In this document: positions 19,424-28,117 of the stretch, in pieces | Layout: each line of letters begins with the position of its first letter | Numbering within the stretch: the stretch's first letter is position 1 | DNA from: an uncultured Candidatus Saccharibacteria bacterium | GTDB taxonomy: Bacteria > Patescibacteriota > Minisyncoccia > UBA6257 > 1-14-0-10-44-23 | Direction of reading: 5' to 3' | NCBI GenBank assembly: GCA_964549935.1 | Contig: CAZJVT010000005.1 | Location: 1 to 56,306 of the forward strand | Length of the DNA stretch: 56,306 bases | Program-made: the position numbers and the translations under genes | Notes under the pieces: generated by a model | Seen by the model: the letters and a program-made list of their open reading frames with translations, nothing else | What the model was told of the DNA's origin: nothing | The model's database searches: none

Positions 19424-19876
19424 TTGCGCATGCTTACCGTTACCGTTCTTGATCCAAAAGCCGCGAAATACAAACGCGGTGTTTCTGCGGCTGCAAAAAT
19501 TTTTCTCGCCGCTCTCAAGAAAGAAAAGACCTCACTGGAAATTTTTCTCGTTGGCGACAAAGAGATGAGTAAAAATGTCCTTGCCTTCCCTGCCGATGCC
19601 TCATTCCCTCGTCCGGATATTAACGAACCGGCACTTGGTGAGATATTTTTAAATCCAAGCTATATCGAAAAAAATCCCGTCGCGCTTCCTTTCCCCGCAT
19701 CGGATTTCACGTTACACGTTACACGTTCTACGTTGCACGTGCCAGCACAGCTGGCGTATATGCTCGCACACGGCATCCTGCACTTACTCGGGCACGATCA
19801 CGAGATTGACCGTGATAGAATGAAGATGGAGAAACGAGAAGCAGAACTTCTCGCACTCCTTCCGCAGCGAAAATAA
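19424..19876 (+). CDS. ybeY: rRNA maturation endoribonuclease YbeY
   Basis: Zinc motif HGILHLLGHDH. The start is TTG at 19424 or ATG at 19430. Contains an in-frame heptamer repeat. Confidence 0.85.
   Translation: MRMLTVTVLDPKAAKYKRGVSAAAKIFLAALKKEKTSLEIFLVGDKEMSKNVLAFPADASFPRPDINEPALGEIFLNPSYIEKNPVALPFPASDFTLHVTRSTLHVPAQLAYMLAHGILHLLGHDHEIDRDRMKMEKREAELLALLPQRK
19707..19741 (+). repeat. In-frame heptamer repeat (CACGTTA-like x5) inside ybeY
   Basis: cacgtta cacgtta cacgttc tacgttg cacgtg encodes TLHVTRSTLHV. Bases 19709-19732 are identical to the reverse complement of 31648-31671. Confidence 0.9.
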
Positions 19877-19888
19877 GCTGCAGCTTTT

Positions 19889-21124
19889 ATGCAGTATCGA
19901 ATTGGCTTAGACATTGGCAGTCACACTATCCGCGTCGCACTTGGACAAACAGACAAGAGCGGCGCTTTTGTGCTTACGCAACTTTTGCAGCAGCCATCCG
20001 CCGGTATGCGCCAGGGCGTTCCACACAATCCGACGCAGCTCGCTCAAGCACTCTCCGGCCCGATAGGACAACTTAAGACGCTCGCCCGCGGCAGCCTTCG
20101 CCACATCACACTCGGTGTCGGTAGCCCGGATATGAAAGTTCAAATGAGCCGCGGTGTCGTCGCTGTTTCGCGCGCTGATGACCAGATTCAAAACGACGAC
20201 ATGGAGCGTGCGCTCCACTCCGCCCGAGCTATTACGATGCCGGCCAATCGAATGGTCATTGACTCGATGATTAAAGAGTTCGTCGTCGACGGAATCGCCG
20301 GAATCCAGGATCCTATCGGCATGCTCGGCAAGCGCTTAGAAGTTTCGCTGATGCTTATAGATGCCTTCGCTCCTTCTATCAAACCGCTGCAGCGCGTCGT
20401 TGAAACGCTCGGCGGCACACCAGACACCCTCATCGTCTCGCCGCTCGCTGCGAGCCATGCTGTTTTAACGCAAGAACAAAAGGAACACGGCGTACTCCTC
20501 GTCGACATCGGCTTTGCAAAAACCAGTATCGCGATTTACGAAGAGGGCCGCCTGACTCACGTCGCAGTTATTGCCGTTGGCAGCGGTGCAGTCACCAACG
20601 ACCTGGCTATTGGTCTACGAATCCCTATCAACATCGCCGAGACCATCAAACTTTCCTACGGTAGTGCGCTGGCAAAAGAGGTTTCCTCACGTGACGCCGT
20701 CGAACTTTCAAAAATTGACCCGCAACTCAAGGGAACGGTCACCCGCAAGTTCATCGCCGAGATTATTGAGGACAGACTTGCTGAAATCTTTGAACTCGTT
20801 AATAATGAGGTCAAACGGGTCGGTAAATTGAGCCAAATCCCTGCGGGCATCGTCCTAGTCGGGGGTGGAGCCAAAATGCCGGCAATCACCGAATTAGCCC
20901 GTCAGGAGCTCCGTTTATCGGCTCAAGTCGGTATTCCAAGCCTCAATGGGCTTTCTAGTCCGAACACCGATCTGACGCTAACCGCCGAAGACCCTGCTTT
21001 CGCCACCGCCCTTGGCCTGCTCACCTACCCACAAACGAGCGAAGGAGGCAGCGAACGAATGAGTGGCGGTAGCAGTAACGCCGGAGCGACGCTCAAGAGG
21101 ATACTCAATTACTTTATACCCTAG
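19889..21124 (+). CDS. ftsA: Cell division protein FtsA
   Basis: Actin-fold GLDIGSHTIRV start and VLVGGGAKMP motif, immediately upstream of ftsZ. Confidence 0.85.
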   Translation: MQYRIGLDIGSHTIRVALGQTDKSGAFVLTQLLQQPSAGMRQGVPHNPTQLAQALSGPIGQLKTLARGSLRHITLGVGSPDMKVQMSRGVVAVSRADDQIQNDDMERALHSARAITMPANRMVIDSMIKEFVVDGIAGIQDPIGMLGKRLEVSLMLIDAFAPSIKPLQRVVETLGGTPDTLIVSPLAASHAVLTQEQKEHGVLLVDIGFAKTSIAIYEEGRLTHVAVIAVGSGAVTNDLAIGLRIPINIAETIKLSYGSALAKEVSSRDAVELSKIDPQLKGTVTRKFIAEIIEDRLAEIFELVNNEVKRVGKLSQIPAGIVLVGGGAKMPAITELARQELRLSAQVGIPSLNGLSSPNTDLTLTAEDPAFATALGLLTYPQTSEGGSERMSGGSSNAGATLKRILNYFIP

Positions 21125-21218
21125 TAATCACTAACATACGAACCCACTAATCATACGAACAAAAAATCTCGTTCCCGTTAGCGTGTTTCGAGAGTTCGTA
21201 TGTTCGTGAACACTATCT

Positions 21219-22637
21219 ATGGCGAAGCGTCGTAAACAATCAAACCCAATCTCAAACAACGCTCCGCTCGAGCGCCCGGTTACCTACCAGGTGAAGGTTA
21301 AAGTTTTTGGTATTGGCGGTGGAGGCGGCAACGCCATCAGCCGCATGGCTTCGCATTTTAATCAGCGCTCGATTGAACTCATTTCTGTAAACACCGATAT
21401 GCAGGACCTGGAAAAGTCACAGGTTCGCAAGCGCATTCACATCGGCAAAAACCTGACTCGTGGACTTGGCACCGGCATGAACCCGGAGCTTGGTCGCCAG
21501 GCGGCCGAGGAGAACCGCTCGGAAATCGTTGAAGCCGTCAAAGGCGCTGACTTAATCTTTATTACTGCCGGACTCGGTGGTGGTACTGGTTCAGGAGCCG
21601 CCCCGGTAGTCGCCGAAATCGCCAAAGAAAACGGTGCTTTAACCGTCGCTATCGTTACGAAGCCGTTTACCTTTGAAGGCACGCAGCGCTCCCGCATCGC
21701 CGAAGAGGCTTTAATGCGTCTGCGTGAACGTGTGGATGCTTTGATCGTCGTTCCGAACGACCGCGTATTTAATGTCATTAAAAAAGAAACTCCACTCGTC
21801 CGCGCGTTTGAAAAAATCGACGAAATTTTGCGCGACGCGCTCGCCGGTATCACCGAACTCATTGCCACGACCGGAATCATTAACGTCGACTTCTCCGACG
21901 TCCGCACGATTATGAAAGAGGCCGGCTCGGCTATCGTCGGTGTCGGTACCGCCGGCGGACAAAACCGCGCTGTGGAGGCCGCTACCCAGGCACTCAACTC
22001 TCCCCTGCTCGAGTTCTCCATCGAAGGTGCTCGCGGTGTTCTCTTCGGTATCTCCGGCGGCCGTGATATGCGTATGAGCGAAATCAACGACATCGCTAAA
22101 GCCATCACCGCCACCGTCGACCCGTCTGCCAAAATTATTTTCGGCGCCTACCACGACCGCAAACTTAAAGCCGGCACATTGAAAGTAACTCTTATTGCCA
22201 CCGGTTTTAGCGGCACTGCCAAGACCTCACCAGAGCTTATGAATATGGCTAGCCTCTTTGGCGACATGCAGATGACGACGCTGCGCGAGCAGAAGCAGGA
22301 TGGCAAACAAGCCGCACTGCCGACCCCAGTAAAAGAAAAGGAACATGAACGCGAGCGTGACCGCCAGCGTGAGCCGGCGATCGCCCGCGACCTCCGCCGC
22401 CCGATAGAAAAAGTTTCACAGACTCCGGCGCAGGCCCAGCAGTCGACCAAGGAACCGGCTACCGTCATCCGCGAGTTCAAACTGCCGAACCAGCCTCGCC
22501 CGCAACCGCAGCCAGGTAATCAACAGCCGGCGGCACCAAAGCAACCGAATCCAGCAGCTCCCGCAGAGGATAACAGCAGCATTTGGGAGATCCCCGCTTT
22601 CCTCCGCAAGAAGCGCCGCGACGGAATGCCGCAATAG
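21219..22637 (+). CDS. ftsZ: Cell division GTPase FtsZ
   Basis: GIGGGGGNAI and GLGGGTGSGAAPVVA tubulin signature. Long Pro/Gln-rich C-terminal linker of about 130 aa. Confidence 0.95.
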   Translation: MAKRRKQSNPISNNAPLERPVTYQVKVKVFGIGGGGGNAISRMASHFNQRSIELISVNTDMQDLEKSQVRKRIHIGKNLTRGLGTGMNPELGRQAAEENRSEIVEAVKGADLIFITAGLGGGTGSGAAPVVAEIAKENGALTVAIVTKPFTFEGTQRSRIAEEALMRLRERVDALIVVPNDRVFNVIKKETPLVRAFEKIDEILRDALAGITELIATTGIINVDFSDVRTIMKEAGSAIVGVGTAGGQNRAVEAATQALNSPLLEFSIEGARGVLFGISGGRDMRMSEINDIAKAITATVDPSAKIIFGAYHDRKLKAGTLKVTLIATGFSGTAKTSPELMNMASLFGDMQMTTLREQKQDGKQAALPTPVKEKEHERERDRQREPAIARDLRRPIEKVSQTPAQAQQSTKEPATVIREFKLPNQPRPQPQPGNQQPAAPKQPNPAAPAEDNSSIWEIPAFLRKKRRDGMPQ

Positions 22638-22650
22638 GCCTTTAAAACAC

Positions 22651-22675
22651 AAAAACCGCCCTAGGGCGGTTTTTG
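22651..22675. terminator. Bidirectional hairpin terminator between convergent ftsZ and the PfkB kinase gene
   Basis: aaaaaccgccc-ta-gggcggttttt. Confidence 0.75.
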
Positions 22676-22687
22676 TTTGACTAGCAG

Positions 22688-23677
22688 TCAAAGAGAGCTG
22701 ACCTTATAACTCGCGGGAGCCTTGTCTACGTACTCTAGGAGCTGCTTTTTGGTCAGTAAGCCCTTCTGTGCGCCCGTAAACTGAACGACGCTCATAGACT
22801 CAATTGGAGCCCATTGCAGGGCCTGTGGGACCGTTAATCCGGTCATTAATCCGGCCATAAAACCGGTACTAAAGGCATCCCCGGCGCCGGTCCGCTCAAA
22901 CGGTGGCTTTGGGTCCGGATATGGCGGCGTAACATACTGACTTTGCCCGTCGCTGGCGTAGGCGGCGTCCGGTCCGTCGGTAATCACGACGATCTTCGGT
23001 CCAAGCTTGTGCAATCCTTCGAAAAGCTTCTTGATGTCGCGCTCCTCGTTTTCTAAAATGCGGGCCGCCTCCTCGCGGTTTACAAACAATACGTGGGTGC
23101 GTTTATAAATCCGCTCCAAGCGCTTGGCGCCAAGTTTAATTTGAAAGGTCCCCGGGTTAAAACCCATTTTGATATTAGGGTGATCCTCGAGGTGCTTGGC
23201 GATCTCGTCGTGCATACCGACTGCGCTCTCGGCGATTGAAGAAAAGTACATCCAGTTAACCTCGTCGATGACGGAAAGCGGCGAGTACTGGTAGCTATTG
23301 TGCTTGATTAAAATAGTTCGCTCAGCCTGGAAGTTTAAAACGAAGTGATAGTTGGTCGGCACGCCCGGATTGATTTTAATAAACTCCTTGCCAACCCCCT
23401 CTTTGTCGTAGGCCTCAAGCACCTGCTTGCCAAACAAGTCGTCGCCAACCGCCGCAATCATGGCCGACTTAAAACCAAGGCGCGAAAGCCCGACGGCGAC
23501 GTTTGAAGCATTGCCGACGGCCGGAATTACCTCTAATGTTTCGTACGGAATCTTGTCTGCAAAGGTCATACAGATCTCGCACTTCGAGTGATTCACGTTG
23601 CAGTGCACCGAGGCCTCGTGCAAACGGATAAAAGCATCGATAACTACGTCGCCGATACAAACAACATCGTATTTCAT
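22688..23677 (-). CDS. PfkB-family sugar/nucleoside kinase
   Basis: 329 aa with the C-terminal TGAGDAF anion-hole motif and an N-terminal GD.VID start. Confidence 0.75.
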   Translation of the reverse strand: MKYDVVCIGDVVIDAFIRLHEASVHCNVNHSKCEICMTFADKIPYETLEVIPAVGNASNVAVGLSRLGFKSAMIAAVGDDLFGKQVLEAYDKEGVGKEFIKINPGVPTNYHFVLNFQAERTILIKHNSYQYSPLSVIDEVNWMYFSSIAESAVGMHDEIAKHLEDHPNIKMGFNPGTFQIKLGAKRLERIYKRTHVLFVNREEAARILENEERDIKKLFEGLHKLGPKIVVITDGPDAAYASDGQSQYVTPPYPDPKPPFERTGAGDAFSTGFMAGLMTGLTVPQALQWAPIESMSVVQFTGAQKGLLTKKQLLEYVDKAPASYKVSSL

Positions 23678-23707
23678 GCAACTAGTTTACCATATTAAAA
23701 AATATCT

Positions 23708-23729
23708 GACGCGGCGCTTTAAGGATGCA
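23708..23729. repeat. Direct repeat copy 1 (gacgcggcgctttaaggatgca)
   Basis: 20 nt (cgcggcgctttaaggatgca) are identical to the copy at 23809-23830, 101 nt away. Confidence 0.85.
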
Positions 23730-23808
23730 AGACCGTTGAAACGCCCTTACCGCTTATGAATACATAAACGCCGGGCGTGCTCCTTGCTGCTTGATTATAA
23801 AAGCGCCT

Positions 23809-23830
23809 GTCGCGGCGCTTTAAGGATGCA
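23809..23830. repeat. Direct repeat copy 2 (gtcgcggcgctttaaggatgca)
   Basis: See copy 1. This copy is embedded in nested hairpins (aaagcgcc/ggcgcttt; gcgtgc..ccttgctgc/gcagcaagg..gcacgc). Confidence 0.85.
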
Positions 23831-23927
23831 GCAAGGGCAAAAAAGCACGCGCCGGACCGAAGGGTCTTCCCTTGGTCCGGCTGTGGCGCTCTACTTCTGA
23901 TTCGTTTCCGACCGACCGGGAGCGGTC

Positions 23928-24851
23928 CTACTTGTTGGTCGCCGCACCCACGTAGTCGGCGATGCGGTTGCGCAGGTAGTTGCTCTTGTTGGGATCGCGG
24001 AGCCATGCCTGCTCGAGCCTTGCATGCTTCGCAGCCACACGAACGGCCTTGAGGCGTTGATCCTCTGTCAGGCACAGGAAGTGCGGATCATGTGCCAGCC
24101 CCGTGAGCAATGCAACGGGGTCTCGGCAGCTGCGCGGTTCGAATGCCGGCACCGTCTCGACATGCCCGTTGCCGTTCACCGCGCTGGTGGAATCTGGCTC
24201 CGTTGTTTCGGGTTCGGGAGCAGCCTCTACCTCGACCGGAGTCTCAGCGAGAGGCGGTTCGGTAGGCGTCGGTTCTGCACTTGGCGCAGCCTCGACGATT
24301 GGATCTTGTACTGCAGGCGGAGCTACCACTTCTTCCGCCCGATCCGTAGTCGCCACCACATCGCTGGGTGGCGGCCCTTCTTCGCGCTGCCTTCTGACAT
24401 CGGCCGCACGTTGTACCTGCTCCTCTTCCTGGCGCCGCTCTTCACGGACCAGCTCGAGACAGTCCTTGATCATCTCTTCTGCGAGAGAGATCCCCTTCTC
24501 GCTCTTGATTCGAGCGAAGGCGACTTGGACGGCGAGATCCCCGTCTGGCATGCTCGGCTCGCCGTAGCGCCGGACGAGATTGAGAGCTTCGTCCAGAGAG
24601 ATCCCAACCACCACCGCCTGCTCTTCCGCGGCACGTCGCCGCGCAGCGGCTTGGGCGTTCATCCTGGCAAACTTCGCCAGGATGTTCTCCCAGCGCAAGT
24701 CCTCCCTCAACCCCCGTAGCCGAGCGTCGCTGGCCAGGAGGGCGACCCAGTTACAACTGCAGCCATCATCCGGATACAGCATTCGTCGTCTCCTTTCCGG
24801 CCACCACTTCGGCCTAGATTCAAGCCTATGCTTCAAAATAAACTCGGTCAA
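23928..24851 (-). CDS. G+C-rich hypothetical protein with a central Pro/Glu/Ala/Thr-rich linker
   Basis: 307-aa ORF with a TTG start as drawn. Codons are GC-rich at the third position, and a G+C-rich hairpin with a T-run lies downstream (23852-23880). Confidence 0.5.
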   Translation of the reverse strand: MTEFILKHRLESRPKWWPERRRRMLYPDDGCSCNWVALLASDARLRGLREDLRWENILAKFARMNAQAAARRRAAEEQAVVVGISLDEALNLVRRYGEPSMPDGDLAVQVAFARIKSEKGISLAEEMIKDCLELVREERRQEEEQVQRAADVRRQREEGPPPSDVVATTDRAEEVVAPPAVQDPIVEAAPSAEPTPTEPPLAETPVEVEAAPEPETTEPDSTSAVNGNGHVETVPAFEPRSCRDPVALLTGLAHDPHFLCLTEDQRLKAVRVAAKHARLEQAWLRDPNKSNYLRNRIADYVGAATNK

Positions 24852-25021
24852 CTTGTAGAAAAAATATAAAATTGTCTTATATAAAATGATTCACCGCTCC
24901 GAGCAACAAGCTGGAGCGGTGAAGCGAGGGAACTTATAATTTTTAGAGACGCTTCCCTCTACGCTGCGTCTTTCTTCTTCTACGGCCAGGTCATACCGGC
25001 CTCCTTTATGTAGCTACTGCG

Positions 25022-26056
25022 CTACTTCTTCGAGCCCTTGCGACTGCGGCGAGGAACACCCCCACCGATCATCTTCCCGAGCTGCGCCAGGCGCTGCCTG
25101 GCATCATGCCCGGCCGCAACCTCCTTCTTGAGCTCACGGACGATCTTCTCGTCGGCCTTTGCTCGCGCTCGAAGAGCGAGCAGGTCCGCCTCGCACTTGA
25201 CCAGAGCCGCCTTGAGAGCCGGCTCACGATGCTGCGCGAGGACGGCGGACTGCCACTCCTCGCTGCTGCGATCCTCCGCCGACTTCACCTTGGCCTCAGC
25301 CGTATCGCGGATCTTCTTGATCTCCGCGAGCGTCTGATCGAGCCTGGCCTTCATACCGGCAAGCTCCTCCCGAGCACGACCGAGTTCGCTGGAGAGCTTC
25401 TCCTGCTCGTCTCGCGAGCGGCCGACCGCCGCCCTTGCCTCCTCCAACTGCTGATGAAGCTCGTCAGCTCGTGCGGTTGCACTCGCCTCCTTACCTCGAA
25501 CGTCAGAGAGAGAAGCTGTCAGACCTCCGACCTCCTCCGTACGCCGCTGAAGCTCATTGCGCAAGCCACGAAGGTCTCCCTCCAGGCTCACGATGCGCTT
25601 CTTGGCGACATCGAGATCGGTGCGAATTCTGATCGTCTCCTCCGGGTTGAGCGCTGCGAGCTTCTTCTCCAGCTCCTCAGCCTTAGCCCAGGATTCGATG
25701 ACCATCTGATTGAGCTGGTCGCGCTCCTGCTCCTCCGTCCTGCAAGCTGGCGGCTTCAAGCCAACCAGTCGGTGAGCCGTTCGCCCCAGATCAGCTGGGT
25801 CCGTGGGTCCGTAGTAATGGACCCGTCGCTCCTGAGCCTTTCGGCGCAGAGCTGCGACCTGCCCATCGCTGAGCTCACTGCAGAGGAGCAGGTGCCCGGT
25901 GCTGCCGGGCAGGCCTGCACGAAGACGACTAGGGAGGTCATCGTCGAGAGGCCAGATGGTGATTCCCTTGCTATCGGGAAACCACCTCCGAATATCGCCA
26001 GGTGGTACCCCGACGACCAACATGGATCGAGGGCTACCGGGATTAACTGAAGACAT
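25022..26056 (-). CDS. G+C-rich coiled-coil protein with a roughly 100-aa N-terminal alpha/beta domain (DUF2325-like?)
   Basis: ATG preceded by GGAGGAAG. About 240 aa of E/K/R/L heptad-like sequence. GAG/AAG/CTC codon bias supports this strand. Confidence 0.6.
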   Translation of the reverse strand: MSSVNPGSPRSMLVVGVPPGDIRRWFPDSKGITIWPLDDDLPSRLRAGLPGSTGHLLLCSELSDGQVAALRRKAQERRVHYYGPTDPADLGRTAHRLVGLKPPACRTEEQERDQLNQMVIESWAKAEELEKKLAALNPEETIRIRTDLDVAKKRIVSLEGDLRGLRNELQRRTEEVGGLTASLSDVRGKEASATARADELHQQLEEARAAVGRSRDEQEKLSSELGRAREELAGMKARLDQTLAEIKKIRDTAEAKVKSAEDRSSEEWQSAVLAQHREPALKAALVKCEADLLALRARAKADEKIVRELKKEVAAGHDARQRLAQLGKMIGGGVPRRSRKGSKK

Positions 26057-26093
26057 AAAGGGCTTCCTCCGCTGTGAGAAATGTGACCATTCG

Positions 26094-26114
26094 AAAAACC
26101 GCCCACCAGGGCGG
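26094..26114 (-). terminator. Intrinsic terminator downstream of the tkt operon, lying in the leader of the 25022-26056 gene
   Basis: Minus-strand ccgccc-tggt-gggcgg followed by TTTTT. Confidence 0.6.
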
Positions 26115-26127
26115 CCTTCGAGAGTAC

Positions 26128-26156
26128 ATTATAGCACTATTTTATAAAAAAGTCAA
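26128..26156 (-). promoter_or_regulatory. Near-consensus sigma70-type promoter (TTGACT-17-TATAAT) on the minus strand
   Basis: The reverse complement of 26128-26156 reads TTGACTtttttataaaatagtgcTATAAT. Confidence 0.5.
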
Positions 26157-26159
26157 GAC

Positions 26160-27167
26160 CTAGGCTCTGATGGCGATTCGCCTCTCGGCAGCGCGTTTTA
26201 CGGCTGCAACGATTGCCTTTACGTCCATTCCGTACTTCGCGATGAGCTCGCGCGGAGTCCCGCTCTCGCCAAACACGTCCTGCATACCCAAAAACTCCAT
26301 CGGTGTCGGCAACTTCTTTGCCAGCACCTCCGCAACCGCTCCGCCAAGCCCACCACTGACCTGGTGCTCCTCAATCGTAACCATCGCGCCGCAGGTCCCG
26401 GCCACGTCGATAATCGCCTTCTCGTCAATCGGCTTAATCGTGTGCATATTGACTACCATCACCTCAAGCTTGTGATTCTCCTGCAACTCTTTTGCGGCCA
26501 GCAGTGCATTGTGAAGTAGTGGTCCGGCGCCAATAATGGCAACCTGCGGTTTACGGCCACGCCAAAGAATATTCGCCTTACCGGGAATAAATGGGGTTTG
26601 CTCTGTCGTAAAAACCGGAGTCTTCTCGCGGCCAAAACGCAGGTAGACCGGTCCGACAATCGCCGCGGCGGCGACCGTCGCCTTACGCGCCTCGATAGCA
26701 TCACACGGGACAAACACGCGCATGTTGGCCATCACTCGCATCGTCGCGATGTCTTCAACGGCCTGGTGCGTCGCGCCGTCCGGACCGACAGAAATACCCG
26801 CATGATGACCGGCGATTTTTACGTTGGCATCGTTATACGAAATAGTGGTGCGGATCTGTTCCCAGTTACGGCCCGGAGAAAACGTCGCGTAGGAAGCGAT
26901 AAACGGCACCTTGCCTGTTACCGCCATACCGGCGGCGACTGCAGCCATGTTTTGCTCGGCCACGCCGACTTCAAAAAATCGTTCCGGAAATTCTTTGGCA
27001 AACAAATGCGTGCGCGTAGACTCCGAAAGATCGGCAGTGAGCGCGACGACGTTTTTGTTGATTCTTCCGGCTAATACAATTCCCTCCCCGTAGCCGTCGC
27101 GCGTCGGGCGCTGGCTGATTTCGGGAGCGAAGAGGCTATCGGTAAGTTGTGCGTCTTTATGAATCAT
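26160..27167 (-). CDS. tkt: Transketolase, C-terminal (pyrimidine-binding) subunit
   Basis: Split transketolase. The start is taken at MIHKDAQL (27167), 4 nt after the stop of the N-terminal subunit. Confidence 0.85.
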   Translation of the reverse strand: MIHKDAQLTDSLFAPEISQRPTRDGYGEGIVLAGRINKNVVALTADLSESTRTHLFAKEFPERFFEVGVAEQNMAAVAAGMAVTGKVPFIASYATFSPGRNWEQIRTTISYNDANVKIAGHHAGISVGPDGATHQAVEDIATMRVMANMRVFVPCDAIEARKATVAAAAIVGPVYLRFGREKTPVFTTEQTPFIPGKANILWRGRKPQVAIIGAGPLLHNALLAAKELQENHKLEVMVVNMHTIKPIDEKAIIDVAGTCGAMVTIEEHQVSGGLGGAVAEVLAKKLPTPMEFLGMQDVFGESGTPRELIAKYGMDVKAIVAAVKRAAERRIAIRA

Positions 27168-27171
27168 ACAA

Positions 27172-28065
27172 TTATTCCAAATGGTGACACTCGATAGAGC
27201 CGCCAAGTGTTCGGATACTCTTAATAGCTGCGCGCGCCTGCTCGGCCTTCGGCGGCGCTCCGGAGACATCGCCGATGCCCGGCGGATTGCCGTGCCACTC
27301 GTAGCGTCCCTCCATATAATCAACACCCTTACCTGGAATCGTGTGCGCGATAATCACGGTCGGCTTTTCGTAAATCGCCCGCGCCTCGTTAACCGCACCG
27401 ATAAAGGCCGGAATGTCGTTTCCATTTACCTCAATCACATGCCAATTAAAGGCCTCGTACTTCGCTTTAAACGGCTCAAGCGGCATCACCTCCTCGGTAT
27501 AACCGTCTATTTGAATATTGTTGCGATCAACGACGGCGGTCAGATTGTGCAGCTTCAACTTGCCGGCAAGCATCACCGCCTCCCAGTAATTACCTTCGTT
27601 GTGCTCACCGTCGGAGGTCAAGCAGTAGGTTTGAAACTTTTTACCGTCCATCTTCGCCGCCATTGCGATACCAACCGCCTGCGACAAACCTGACCCGAGC
27701 GGTCCGGAGGTCGTTTCTAGCCCTGCAAGCGAGGTGCGGTGCGGGTGACCCTGCAACCGACTGCCGAGTTTACGCAGCGTAAAAAGCTCGTGAACTGGAA
27801 AGTAGCCGGCGTGCGCCATCGTTACGTACTGCACCGGGCAGATGTGTCCGTTACTCAAAACAAGTCGGTCCCGATCAGCCCAATTCGGCTTTTTCGGGTT
27901 GTGATTCAAAATATGAAAATAAAAAGCCGTAAAAATATCCGCCATTCCGAGCGGTCCGGCCGAGTGACCACTCCCCGCTTCAACAAGCGTCGTAATGATA
28001 TTCGCGCGAATGGCGGTGGCTTCTTTTTCGAGAAGCTTAATTTTTGCGGTCGTGAGTGACTGCAT
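27172..28065 (-). CDS. tkt: Transketolase, N-terminal (TPP-binding) subunit
   Basis: GSGHSAGPLGMADI and SDGEHNEGNYWEA TPP motifs. Confidence 0.85.
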   Translation of the reverse strand: MQSLTTAKIKLLEKEATAIRANIITTLVEAGSGHSAGPLGMADIFTAFYFHILNHNPKKPNWADRDRLVLSNGHICPVQYVTMAHAGYFPVHELFTLRKLGSRLQGHPHRTSLAGLETTSGPLGSGLSQAVGIAMAAKMDGKKFQTYCLTSDGEHNEGNYWEAVMLAGKLKLHNLTAVVDRNNIQIDGYTEEVMPLEPFKAKYEAFNWHVIEVNGNDIPAFIGAVNEARAIYEKPTVIIAHTIPGKGVDYMEGRYEWHGNPPGIGDVSGAPPKAEQARAAIKSIRTLGGSIECHHLE

Positions 28066-28117
28066 GTGTTTATTATAACACCATAAACACCCGCGAACGG
28101 GCTACCCTCAACGGAAA

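Noticed and set aside
21437-22154. Antisense ORFs within ftsZ (21437-22132, 21711-22154), and similar antisense ORFs in hppA, tig, recG, pilB and the histidine kinase gene
   Set aside because: They lie opposite strongly supported conserved genes and have low-complexity products and no start signals. These are typical shadow ORFs.
24024-26050. Long plus-strand ORFs (24024-24719, 24103-24567, 25106-26050 and others) antisense to the G+C-rich cassettes
   Set aside because: High G+C suppresses stop codons in all frames. The minus-strand frames have RBS plus ATG, GC3-rich and RNY-like codons (GAG/AAG/CTC), and sensible protein features such as coiled coil. The plus-strand products are Arg/Ser/Pro-rich low-complexity sequence.
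27168-27326. N-terminal extension of the transketolase C-terminal subunit ORF
   Set aside because: It overlaps the end of the N-terminal subunit gene. MIHKDAQL at 27167 gives a 4-nt gap and the normal subunit length.
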